This document shows positions 17,280-25,945 of a DNA stretch of 41,146 nucleotides, one piece after another. The position numbers and the translations under genes are program-made. Location: positions 1-41,146 of the forward strand of contig JALVSJ010000202.1 of NCBI GenBank assembly GCA_027024445.1, written 5' to 3'. This stretch comes from Desulfobacterales bacterium. Lineage in GTDB: Bacteria > Desulfobacterota > DSM-4660 > Desulfatiglandales > Desulfatiglandaceae. Every line of letters starts with the position of its first letter. Within the stretch, counting starts at the first letter, position 1. A model generated the notes under the pieces. The model made no database searches. It was not told the origin of the DNA and was given only the letters and a program-made list of their open reading frames with translations.

Positions 17280-19289
17280 ATGGAAAGAGACCAGGAACTA
17301 AAAAAATACATCCTTGAAAACGGCTTGCTACAGCAAGATCAATTGGCCCAGGCCGAGGACTATGCCCTTACAATGGGCTTGGCGCTAGAGCAGAGCATAA
17401 TATTCCTGCAGTTAATGGACTTTGGACAACTAGGTGGGGCCCTGCAGGCTATTTACGGAGTGCCTTACAGGCCTTTACTGCAGCAGGCACCAAGTGAAGA
17501 CATGAAGAAAGTGATCCCCCTTTCTATGGCTGAAAAATTCGGGGTTTTTCCTCTGGCTTACGACCCGGGCCATGGGCGAATCACCCTTGCCATTGATGAC
17601 CCTTTTGACCAGGAGAGGATGGACAAAATAACCCGCCTTCTGGCCCCCTCAAATTCTCCTGAATTTACGGTTGCATCGCGCCCTGAAATCAATCAAGCCA
17701 TAGACATCTATTACAAAGGCAAGACATACACACATCAAATACAGGTGGAACTTCCCAAAGAATTTACCATCGTGGCACCCAGGCCACAGCAATCTGTTGA
17801 AAAAAAGGAAAGCGCCAGCAAGAAAAAGGCTGTGATAGTGGATCCCGAGCTGGAGCGTTTTCGCGCCCTTAAAACATTGCTAAAGATCGAAGATGTGGAA
17901 ACACTTGGCTGGGTTCAGGCCCCCGAAGACCTCCGGAAAATCGATGAGATTGAATACGCCGACCTTGTGCTCATAAATGGTGAAACATACAGAGACCATC
18001 AGCCTGCTTTGGCGCCCCTAACTGGAGAAGCCTCGTTTCCTCCTATTTGCTATTATTACCCAAGGGCTATGTTATTGGACCAGGCTCCCCCATACAGGGA
18101 AATGGGTGACGCCCTTGTTTCATTGGTCTCGTTCCTCGTCAAGAAGGCCTTGAAAAAGGCCCCTTCCAAGCTCAGGCATACCCTTGCCCTTGTGAGATAT
18201 TGCAAGCTCCTCTCTTTGAGATTGGGACTGTCCCCTCCTCGGATTGATGCCGTGGTGCTGGCCGCCTGGCTTTGCACCTCGAATTTCGGATCAACCCTAG
18301 CCGAAAGCATTCAAACTCCATATGGCCTGGAACAGGTACTGGCGCCGCAAGGCGATAAATCCGGTGTCAATCGGATCGAACGAGAAATCCTCTCATTGGT
18401 CCGGGAATACCTGAATAGGAAAGAGACCGATCCAGAGGCAGTAAGGGACACCGAGGCGATCCGCAAGACCCTGGGATCACAGTATAAGACCGGGCAACGG
18501 CGCGTGATCTTTGAGACATTTGTACAGGTAATAAGAGATGAAGGATTGCTGGGGGGAATAGAGGAAGACAAGGGAACGATACTGATAATAGCTAAAGACG
18601 TGGACTCGGACTCCGACCTTATCCTCAGGCTCAACACCGAGGGCTATGAAGTGCATTTACATGAAAGCGCATCTCAGGCGAGGGAGGCCATCTTCTCCTT
18701 CCACCCTAATATTATCCTTTGCGAGATTATGCCCAACGATAAACAAGCCCTGGAATTGTGCAAGGCAGTCAAGCTGAACAAAGACATCTCGGGCATTCCG
18801 TTTTTTTTCATTGCAACTGATGACGCAAGCCCCCTTGCTACTGAATGCCTGGAGATCGGAGCCGATGACTTCCTGGTCCAGCCCATTGATCCGGATCTGC
18901 TAACCCTTAAGATAAGGCGGGCCTTAAGTGCAAGGGCCACGGCCAGACCCACGAAGGGGATAGAGGGCTCGCTGGCTGAGATGAATGCCATGGAGATCAT
19001 TCAGAGCGTGGCCACAGGAGACAAAAATGTAAAGATAACCCTGGAGCACAACGGCAACAGGGGTTCCATTTTCATAAAGGGCGGAGAGATCATCCATGCG
19101 GAAACCGGCCCGCTGGTGGGCGAAGAGGCCCTTTTTCAACTCATGGCATATCAGGACGGACAGTTTCAGGTAGTCTCGTGCGATTCCTTCCCGCAAAGGA
19201 CTATACACGCTGGCACCATGAGCTTGCTCATGGAGGGGGCACGGCTGGTTGACGAGGCCAGTGCTACCGATGAGGTGGAAGACATATGA
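17280..19289 (+). CDS. Multidomain regulator-like protein: T2SSE_N/GspE-N-like domain, unassigned middle region, degenerate receiver domain, DUF4388 (PATAN-type) domain
   Basis: 669 aa, starting 21 nt after pilT. The N-terminus (LLQQDQLAQAEDYA...MAEKFGVFPLAYDP..ITLAIDDPFD) looks like the N-terminal domain of PilB/GspE ATPases. The REC-like segment (ILIIAKDVDS...IILCEIMPND...FFIATDD...GADDFLVQPI) has Glu where the phospho-Asp is expected and Gln where the conserved Lys is expected. The C-terminus (GSLAEMNAMEIIQSVATGDKNVKITLEHNGNRGSIFIKGGEIIHAETGPLVGEEALFQLM) fits DUF4388. Confidence 0.7.
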   Translation: MERDQELKKYILENGLLQQDQLAQAEDYALTMGLALEQSIIFLQLMDFGQLGGALQAIYGVPYRPLLQQAPSEDMKKVIPLSMAEKFGVFPLAYDPGHGRITLAIDDPFDQERMDKITRLLAPSNSPEFTVASRPEINQAIDIYYKGKTYTHQIQVELPKEFTIVAPRPQQSVEKKESASKKKAVIVDPELERFRALKTLLKIEDVETLGWVQAPEDLRKIDEIEYADLVLINGETYRDHQPALAPLTGEASFPPICYYYPRAMLLDQAPPYREMGDALVSLVSFLVKKALKKAPSKLRHTLALVRYCKLLSLRLGLSPPRIDAVVLAAWLCTSNFGSTLAESIQTPYGLEQVLAPQGDKSGVNRIEREILSLVREYLNRKETDPEAVRDTEAIRKTLGSQYKTGQRRVIFETFVQVIRDEGLLGGIEEDKGTILIIAKDVDSDSDLILRLNTEGYEVHLHESASQAREAIFSFHPNIILCEIMPNDKQALELCKAVKLNKDISGIPFFFIATDDASPLATECLEIGADDFLVQPIDPDLLTLKIRRALSARATARPTKGIEGSLAEMNAMEIIQSVATGDKNVKITLEHNGNRGSIFIKGGEIIHAETGPLVGEEALFQLMAYQDGQFQVVSCDSFPQRTIHAGTMSLLMEGARLVDEASATDEVEDI

Positions 19290-19756
19290 ATTCTGATCTA
19301 CCCTCTTACAAAATAGAAACCATCCGGAAGCCAGCACGAATCTTTCTCATGGGGGGAGGGACACTGGAGGGCACGTTCTTCCTTTCCCCAATATCCCCCA
19401 GTCTCAAAGGGCCGGAAACTGTCCTGGATCTCTTAACCGATGAGCGAAGCTACCTTCCCTTTGAGACGGATCAGTGCAAAGTGATTCTGGTGCAAAAGAC
19501 AAATATCGTTAAGATATTACTGGAGGAAGCCATCCCCCATACTGTGGGTCCAACAAAGCAAACCCACATCACTGTGTGGTTCGTCGACCAATCCTCCCTC
19601 GAAGGCTGGCTATCTTTTATGATGCCGGTTAGCCATTCCCGTGTCTCAGACTTTCTCAATTCAGCAGGGGAATTCTTTTACTTACATGGCACTGGTGCCA
19701 CCTATGTAGTAAACCGGCGTCATGTAAGCTTTGTCGAACTCCTGGACGAACCCTGA
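19286..19756 (+). CDS. Hypothetical protein with an apparent internal duplication
   Basis: 156 aa. Its start overlaps the upstream stop (ATGA), suggesting translational coupling. Two roughly 60-aa halves align: ..GTLEGTFFLS...ETVLDLLTDERSYLPF...ILVQKTNIVKILLEE against ..SSLEGWLSFM...SRVSDFLNSAGEFFYL...YVVNRRHVSFVELLDE. No family name could be assigned. Confidence 0.55.
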   Translation: MNSDLPSYKIETIRKPARIFLMGGGTLEGTFFLSPISPSLKGPETVLDLLTDERSYLPFETDQCKVILVQKTNIVKILLEEAIPHTVGPTKQTHITVWFVDQSSLEGWLSFMMPVSHSRVSDFLNSAGEFFYLHGTGATYVVNRRHVSFVELLDEP

Positions 19757-22700
19757 GCCGCATTGGTTAATTTCCTTACTTTCCCCCCGATAAGTGACTC
19801 GAGTCGTGAGACCAATTCCGCCAAGGGCATAACTCTGTAGCGATTATGTGCTGCCACTGTATAGGATCCGCCATTGTCAGTTACAACTTTGAAACGAAGT
19901 TGGCACTCGCCCGGGTAAGTAAATGCCATGGCCTTTATCTCCTCCAGCAAATCCTCTGTTATTTTCTCCGCTGGTAACGTGAGTTCTAAAATCCGAACAT
20001 ATTTCTCCCTCGCAGCATCAAGTGTGGTAAGTTCCTTTGCGATAATCTTTACTGCAGTTTCAGTCTTCTCAAGGCTTCCGACCACTAGCAGGGGATCATC
20101 GCTTTTCAGCAAAGAAGAAGTGGAAGAAAACAGGTCAGGAAAGATAATCACCTCAATGGCTCCACTCAAATCTTCCAGGCTTATGATGGCCATTTTGTCG
20201 CCTTTTTTAGTCCTTTTCACCCTGAGACTTTCAACTACTCCCGCCACATGCACTGTGGAGCGATCCTGCTGATGGGATAAGTCCTGGATGTTGCACGTGA
20301 CCAAGCGGGGCAAGTCATCTCTAAACCGATCCAGTGGATGTCCTGTGATGTAAAAACCAAGGGATTCCTTTTCCCTTCTTAGTTTCTCCTTTACGCTCCA
20401 TTCCTCCACTTCCGGCAATTCGAACAGCGGCATCACCCCACCACCGTCCTGTGATACTCCAAACATACTCAATTGATTGGGATCATGCGAAGTCCCGCAA
20501 TATCTCGAAATATCATCCAGGGCAGCAAAGAGCCTTGCCCTGGCAATACCAGTAAAGTCGAAAGCCCCACATTGTATTAGGCCTTCAAGCACCCTCCTGT
20601 TTACCTTCGCCCCTTCTACCCTCCTGCAGAAATCGTGGATTGATTTAAAAGGGCCGTTAGCCTTTCTTTCTTCTATTATGGATTCAACGGCTTTCAGGCC
20701 CACATTTTTTATGGCCCCCAGACCAAACCTGATCTTTCCTTCCACAACAGAAAAGTCGGCCTCACTTTCATTTATGTCAGGTGGGAGTATTTCTATGCCC
20801 ATCTCCCTGCATTCAGCGATATTCTTTATGGTCTTGTCCTGATTGCCCATATCTTGGGTCAGTAAAGCCGTCATGAATTGAACAGGATAGTGGGCCTTCA
20901 GGTAGGCGGTCTGGTAGGCAATCATCGCATAAGCAACAGAATGGGACTTATTAAAACCATAGCCTCCAAATTTCTCTATCAGATCAAAAAGTCGCTCAGC
21001 CGTATCACGCCTCACCCCGTTTTTCACTGAGCCCTCTATGAATCTTTCCCGATGCTTTGCCATCACTTCGGGTTTTTTCTTACCGATAGCCTTTCGCAGT
21101 TCATCAGCCTCTGCCAAGGAGTAGTCCGCCAGAACCTGGGCAATCCTCATGACTTGCTCTTGATATAGGATCACTCCATAAGTCTCTTTGAGAATAGGCT
21201 CTAACTGAGGCAAGATATAATTGATCTTGACCTTCCCGTGCTTTCCCTGGATAAACTCATCGATCATGTTGCTGCCTAACGGCCCTGGCCTGTAGAGGGC
21301 AACAAGGGCAACCATATCCTCGAATACCTCTGGTTTCAGCCGTCGCATCAGATCCTTCATTCCGTCACTTTCAAGCTGAAATACGCCCGTTGTCTTACCA
21401 TCACAGCAAAGCTGAAAGGTTGCTTCATCAGTAAGGGGGATCTTCTCTATGTCTACTTTATGGCCAAGGGTTTTCTCTATGAGGTCCAGGGTATGCCTGA
21501 TCACGGTCAGCGTGCGCAGACCAAGGAAATCAAACTTTATAAGACCCAATTGCTCTATCCTGTCCATGGTGAATTGGGTCATGATTTCATCGCGGGCCCC
21601 CTTGTACAGAGGTAAGTACTCCACCAGGGGCCTGTCAGAAATCACCACTCCCGAAGCATGGGTAGAAGCGTGCCTGGCCAAGCCTTCCAGGGCCTTGGAG
21701 ATGGCCAGCAGCTTCGCCACGTGCGGCTTTTCTTTCTCCAGAGCCTGCAATTCGGGTTCGGTGGCCAGGGCCTTTTCAAGACTCACTTTTGGCCCTTCTG
21801 GAACCATCTTTGCTATTCTGTCAACTTCTCCCAGGGGAATATTGAGGGTGCGGCCCACATCACGAATAACTGCCCTGGCTTTCATGGTTCCAAAGGTGAT
21901 TATCTGGCAGACATTATCCTTCCCGTATTTTTCTGATACATAGTGGATAACGTCATCGCGGCCCTTCATGCAAAAGTCTATGTCAATATCAGGCATGCTT
22001 ATACGTTGGGGATTGAGAAACCGCTCAAAAAGTAAGCCGTACTTGATGGGGTCAATGTTGGTAATGCGCAGACAATAAGCCACCAATGAGCCAGCCGCCG
22101 ATCCCCTTCCAGGCCCCACTGGGATGCCGGAGCGTCGAGCATATTCGATGAAGTCTGCCACGATCAGAAAATAGCCAGAAAACCCCATCTTACAGATAAT
22201 ATCCAGCTCATACTCAAGTCTTTCTTCATACTGAGCTCGAATTTGCTCGTCAATGGTGCCCTCTTGCTCTTCTTTCTCCCTCAATCTGTTCACAAGCCCT
22301 TCTGTGGCCTGCTCCTTCAACAAATCTTCCAGGCTTTTGCCCCCGGGTACGTCGAAAACTGGATACTTGTAATTGCCGAAGCTCATCTCAAAGTTACAGC
22401 GTCTTGCTACCATGGTGGTGTTGGCAAGGGCTTCTTCAAACCCTGGAAGGGTTGCTTCCATCTCTTGTCTCGACTTGAAATAGAATTCATCGGTCGGAAA
22501 TCTCATTCGATTGGCATCGTCTACGGTCTTTCCTGTCTGGATGCAGAGAAGAGCGTCATGGGCCTCAGCGTCCTTTCTTTCCAGATAGTGACAATCATTG
22601 GTGGCCACCAATGGTAGAGATAATTCCTCTGCAAGACCTGCCAGCGCCTCATTTACTTTTTCCTGATCTTTCATGGCGTTGGCCTGAACCTCGAGAAAGA

Positions 22701-23226
22701 ACCTTTCATTATCAAAAATTGATGCGAGCTCCTCGGCCCTTTTCCGGGCCAAATCCATTTTTCCCTCTCTGATGGCAAAGGCTATTGGCCCTTTTAGACA
22801 GGCTGAAAGCGCTATGAGTCCGGCGTTCAACTGTTTTAGCAATTTCATATCAATCCTGGGGTGGTAATAAAACCCTTCCAAATGACCTAACGTCACAAGC
22901 TTTGAAAGGTTTTTGTACCCCGTGGAATCCATTACCAGAAGGATCAGGTGGTACGAACTGGGGCCACCATTTGAAGGTGAAGATTTATCGCGTCTGTCAC
23001 CGGGGGCTAGATAAACCTCACATCCCAGGATAGGCTTCACACCCTTTTTTTTTGCCTGATCAAAGAACTGCACTGCGCCGAACATGTTGCCATGATCTGT
23101 AATGGCCACGGAGTCCATCCCTAAAGACCAGGCCTTCTCCAGCATGTTAGGGATTCTTATGGCCCCGTCGAGAAGGCTATACTCTGTATGCACATGGAGA
23201 TGGACAAAGGACTTATTTGATGTCAT
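19720..23226 (-). CDS. dnaE: DNA polymerase III subunit alpha
   Basis: 1168 aa with an N-terminal PHP domain (FVHLHVHTEYSLLDGA), palm and fingers motifs (PDIDIDF, GLIKFDFLGL, NKSHS) and a C-terminal OB-fold region. No intein-sized insertion is present. Confidence 0.97.
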   Translation of the reverse strand: MTSNKSFVHLHVHTEYSLLDGAIRIPNMLEKAWSLGMDSVAITDHGNMFGAVQFFDQAKKKGVKPILGCEVYLAPGDRRDKSSPSNGGPSSYHLILLVMDSTGYKNLSKLVTLGHLEGFYYHPRIDMKLLKQLNAGLIALSACLKGPIAFAIREGKMDLARKRAEELASIFDNERFFLEVQANAMKDQEKVNEALAGLAEELSLPLVATNDCHYLERKDAEAHDALLCIQTGKTVDDANRMRFPTDEFYFKSRQEMEATLPGFEEALANTTMVARRCNFEMSFGNYKYPVFDVPGGKSLEDLLKEQATEGLVNRLREKEEQEGTIDEQIRAQYEERLEYELDIICKMGFSGYFLIVADFIEYARRSGIPVGPGRGSAAGSLVAYCLRITNIDPIKYGLLFERFLNPQRISMPDIDIDFCMKGRDDVIHYVSEKYGKDNVCQIITFGTMKARAVIRDVGRTLNIPLGEVDRIAKMVPEGPKVSLEKALATEPELQALEKEKPHVAKLLAISKALEGLARHASTHASGVVISDRPLVEYLPLYKGARDEIMTQFTMDRIEQLGLIKFDFLGLRTLTVIRHTLDLIEKTLGHKVDIEKIPLTDEATFQLCCDGKTTGVFQLESDGMKDLMRRLKPEVFEDMVALVALYRPGPLGSNMIDEFIQGKHGKVKINYILPQLEPILKETYGVILYQEQVMRIAQVLADYSLAEADELRKAIGKKKPEVMAKHRERFIEGSVKNGVRRDTAERLFDLIEKFGGYGFNKSHSVAYAMIAYQTAYLKAHYPVQFMTALLTQDMGNQDKTIKNIAECREMGIEILPPDINESEADFSVVEGKIRFGLGAIKNVGLKAVESIIEERKANGPFKSIHDFCRRVEGAKVNRRVLEGLIQCGAFDFTGIARARLFAALDDISRYCGTSHDPNQLSMFGVSQDGGGVMPLFELPEVEEWSVKEKLRREKESLGFYITGHPLDRFRDDLPRLVTCNIQDLSHQQDRSTVHVAGVVESLRVKRTKKGDKMAIISLEDLSGAIEVIIFPDLFSSTSSLLKSDDPLLVVGSLEKTETAVKIIAKELTTLDAAREKYVRILELTLPAEKITEDLLEEIKAMAFTYPGECQLRFKVVTDNGGSYTVAAHNRYRVMPLAELVSRLESLIGGKVRKLTNAAQGSSRSSTKLT

Positions 23227-23262
23227 TGTAGTTACTGCTCAGATATAGTTCTTTGTTGTGAT

Positions 23263-24948
23263 ATGAACAAAGGGTATGATACGTTATATGCCTATGAGCA
23301 TCAAGGCCAATCTCAGGGGCAACTTCCTCTTCCGGATTCCTCAACAATGCAAAAGATCACTAACGATACGCTACTAAAAAAGATTTCCCGTCTTGAGCGA
23401 AAAATAGATTCCTATCGCAACAAACTCAAACAGGCAAGGCAAGAAAACCAGAATCTATCCAAGATAGTCAAAGATCAACAACTGATCCTAACGGAATTCC
23501 CCGGCTGGATCATATTGATTCAAGACCGCAAGATCCTGTTTACTAACAGGAAAATCCTTGAGGATCTGGGTTATGAAGAAAATGAAGTCATTGAGCGTCC
23601 ATTTGAGGCATTTGTCCATGAGGACTCATTGAACTACGTAATGACCATGCATAGGAAGAGGCTTTCCGGAGAGGTTGTGCCGGATATTTACGATCTTGAT
23701 CTCAAAAGAAAAGGTGGTGAGAAGGTTCCTTGTGAGGCAAGAATTTCAAAAATAAGGTATCATGGACGGAGGGCTTTCTTGGCTAGTCTCACACCTCTTG
23801 AGAGGCAAAAAGAACTGGAAAAGAAGAGGCTTGAGAAGGAGAAGCACCACCTTATTTGCAGCCTCTCCAGCGGGCTGGGCAGGCAGCTAAGAACCTGTAC
23901 CAAGATCTTAGACAACTGCCTGAGCGAGCCACAAATCCATAGTATTTCAGGAAAAGAATTCTTGCATCAGTTACACACCGCTAAAAAATACCAACAGGAC
24001 ATGCTTGCTTTATTAGAGTTTATGGGCGGTAGCGGAAAAACCCAGCGCGTTCTGATGGAACTTCCTGTCGTCGTTGACGAAGCTATCAAGGCTTCGAAAC
24101 AAATCTGCTCGTCCAATCTTGCAGACATTGAATCCGCTGTAAATCTTGAAACATTTTTCAGAGCCACACCTGTGGTGAGAGGGGATCCTGACGCACTGAA
24201 GACTGCCATTTCATGTGTGATATCAAATGCTATCGAAGCATGCGTACCAGAGGGAAAGGTTCTCATCACATTGGAAGAGACACCGGGGCTTGCTCGCATC
24301 TATGTGCAGGACAACGGTCGCGGGATTCCATTTGTGGACCAAGAGAGAATATTCGATCCTTTTTTCACCACAAAAAATCGTCACCTGGGGCTGGGCCTCA
24401 CGGTGGCGTCCGCCATTTTTAACAGACATGGGGGAAAGATCGAGCTTTCCAGTCGTCCAGGCCACGGGGCTTTTTTCTCATTGATATTGCCCACCGTAAA
24501 GAAGGCCTCTCGGGTAAGAATTCCCCCACCGGGAAAGGCTCTCAAACATAAACGCATTATGATACTTGGAGAAAGTGATGCCCTTGTGGGCATTGTTAGT
24601 GAACTGCTGACCTCTAAGGGTGCACAGATGGTGGCGCCATCGACGCCGGACAAGGCCTTACGACTGCTGGAGAAGGGCAACGTGGACCTTCTCATTGTTG
24701 ACCTGGAGTTCTCCGCCCCGATGCTCCGAGGATTGCTGGCAAAGGCGTTGGAAATCATGCCAGGTCTCCCAATTATATGTACTGGCCCCCATGCACAAAG
24801 TGACGGACATGGAAAGGCCGAAAGGCTATTTGCAGACAAGGGAAACATCTTATTGGTTTCGCGGCCCATAAATACAGCTCATTTCCTTCAAACTGTTACG
24901 CGCCTGCTTATTCTAGGACACGAAACTTTGCCGAAACCCTTGTCATAG
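23263..24948 (+). CDS. PAS-domain sensor histidine kinase-like protein with a C-terminal degenerate receiver-like domain
   Basis: 561 aa with a coiled-coil N-terminus and a PAS-like block (FTNRKILEDLGYEENEVIERPFEAFVHEDS). HATPase_c boxes are intact: N (VISNAIEA), G1 (DNGRGIP), F (FDPFFTTK), G2 (GLGLTVA). No clean H-box is visible (region EKHHLICSLSSGLGRQLRT). The C-terminal REC-like segment reads MILGESD..DLLIVDLEF..PIICTG. Confidence 0.75.
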   Translation: MNKGYDTLYAYEHQGQSQGQLPLPDSSTMQKITNDTLLKKISRLERKIDSYRNKLKQARQENQNLSKIVKDQQLILTEFPGWIILIQDRKILFTNRKILEDLGYEENEVIERPFEAFVHEDSLNYVMTMHRKRLSGEVVPDIYDLDLKRKGGEKVPCEARISKIRYHGRRAFLASLTPLERQKELEKKRLEKEKHHLICSLSSGLGRQLRTCTKILDNCLSEPQIHSISGKEFLHQLHTAKKYQQDMLALLEFMGGSGKTQRVLMELPVVVDEAIKASKQICSSNLADIESAVNLETFFRATPVVRGDPDALKTAISCVISNAIEACVPEGKVLITLEETPGLARIYVQDNGRGIPFVDQERIFDPFFTTKNRHLGLGLTVASAIFNRHGGKIELSSRPGHGAFFSLILPTVKKASRVRIPPPGKALKHKRIMILGESDALVGIVSELLTSKGAQMVAPSTPDKALRLLEKGNVDLLIVDLEFSAPMLRGLLAKALEIMPGLPIICTGPHAQSDGHGKAERLFADKGNILLVSRPINTAHFLQTVTRLLILGHETLPKPLS

Positions 24949-25032
24949 AACCCAAATTCGTTGTATAAGCCCGTTCTGGACGTATGAATAGTGTTAATCG
25001 CCAAAATCTTATTTATCAGGAGGACATTCAAG

Positions 25033-25908
25033 ATGGCCAGAATAATTAAGTGCGGATTGATACAAACCCATTGCGAGCTTTCAGGAGAAGAATCCGTTGA
25101 GAAACTCAAGGAGCACATGATTAAAAAAAACATGGGATTAATCGACGAAGCAGGCAAAAAGGGAGTTCAAATCCTGTGTCTTCAGGAGTTGTTCTATGGC
25201 CCTTACTTTCCTGCTGAGCAAAATGTCAAATGGTACAGTGCTACAGAAAAAATTCCAGAGGGTCCGACTGTAAAAATGATGCAGGACAAGGCCAAACAGT
25301 ACAACATGGTTATGATAGTTCCTATTTATGAGGAAGAGATTACTGGGGTCTATTATAACACTGCCGCGGTAATCGATGCTGATGGCACGTATCTCGGAAA
25401 ATACAGAAAGAACCATATCCCTCACACACACCCGGGATTTTGGGAAAAATTTTATTTCAAACCCGGAAACCTGGGCTATCCCGTCTTTAGAACTGCTTAT
25501 GGTGATGTTGGAGTATACATATGTTACGACCGACATTTCCCCGAGGGCGCCAGAATCCTTGGTCTGAACGGCGCTGAAATCATATTTAATCCCTCTGCCA
25601 CTGTTGCCGGGCTGTCTGAGTATCTGTGGAAACTGGAGCAACCTGCCCATGCAGTGGCAAATGGATACTTCGTGGGTGCTATCAACAGAGTAGGACACGA
25701 ACAGCCGTGGGATATCGGGGAGTTTTACGGAACCAGTTATTTCTGTGACCCCCGTGGGCAGATTGTTGCAGAGGCCTCCAGGGACAAGGATGAACTGGTG
25801 GTGGCAGATCTGGATTTTGACATGATTCGAGAAGTTCGCAACGTGTGGCAGTTTTACAGGGATCGTCGGCCCGAAACATACGACGAAATGATTGAGCTAT
25901 TGCCTTAG
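25033..25908 (+). CDS. Carbon-nitrogen hydrolase (beta-ureidopropionase / N-carbamoyl-amino-acid amidohydrolase-like)
   Basis: The ATG at 25033 follows CAGGAGGA, whereas the track ORF starts upstream at 24991. Nitrilase-superfamily E-K-C contexts are present (CLQELF, YRKNHIP, VYICYDRHFPE). It is the first gene of the pyrimidine/hydantoin cluster. Confidence 0.85.
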   Translation: MARIIKCGLIQTHCELSGEESVEKLKEHMIKKNMGLIDEAGKKGVQILCLQELFYGPYFPAEQNVKWYSATEKIPEGPTVKMMQDKAKQYNMVMIVPIYEEEITGVYYNTAAVIDADGTYLGKYRKNHIPHTHPGFWEKFYFKPGNLGYPVFRTAYGDVGVYICYDRHFPEGARILGLNGAEIIFNPSATVAGLSEYLWKLEQPAHAVANGYFVGAINRVGHEQPWDIGEFYGTSYFCDPRGQIVAEASRDKDELVVADLDFDMIREVRNVWQFYRDRRPETYDEMIELLP

Positions 25909-25945
25909 GGATAAACCTTCATTTTACAAAGGAAAGGAGAATCCC

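Noticed and set aside
17280-17420. c-di-GMP-binding MshEN motif in the N-terminus of the 669-aa protein
   Set aside because: The stretch ILENGLLQQDQLAQAEDYA fits only the hydrophobic spacing of the 24-residue MshEN motif. It lacks the initial RLG and the terminal L..Q, which is not enough to claim nucleotide binding.
24381-24869. 162-aa minus-strand ORF, and 25138-25698 (186 aa, minus strand)
   Set aside because: Both lie antisense within the kinase-like and CN-hydrolase genes respectively. Neither has a motif or a start context.
24991-25032. Upstream starts for the CN-hydrolase (24991) and the aminotransferase (25892-25945)
   Set aside because: Both track ORFs begin at non-ATG or unsupported positions. 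The internal ATGs at 25033 and 25946 each follow a strong Shine-Dalgarno. The 25892 start would also overlap the preceding gene.
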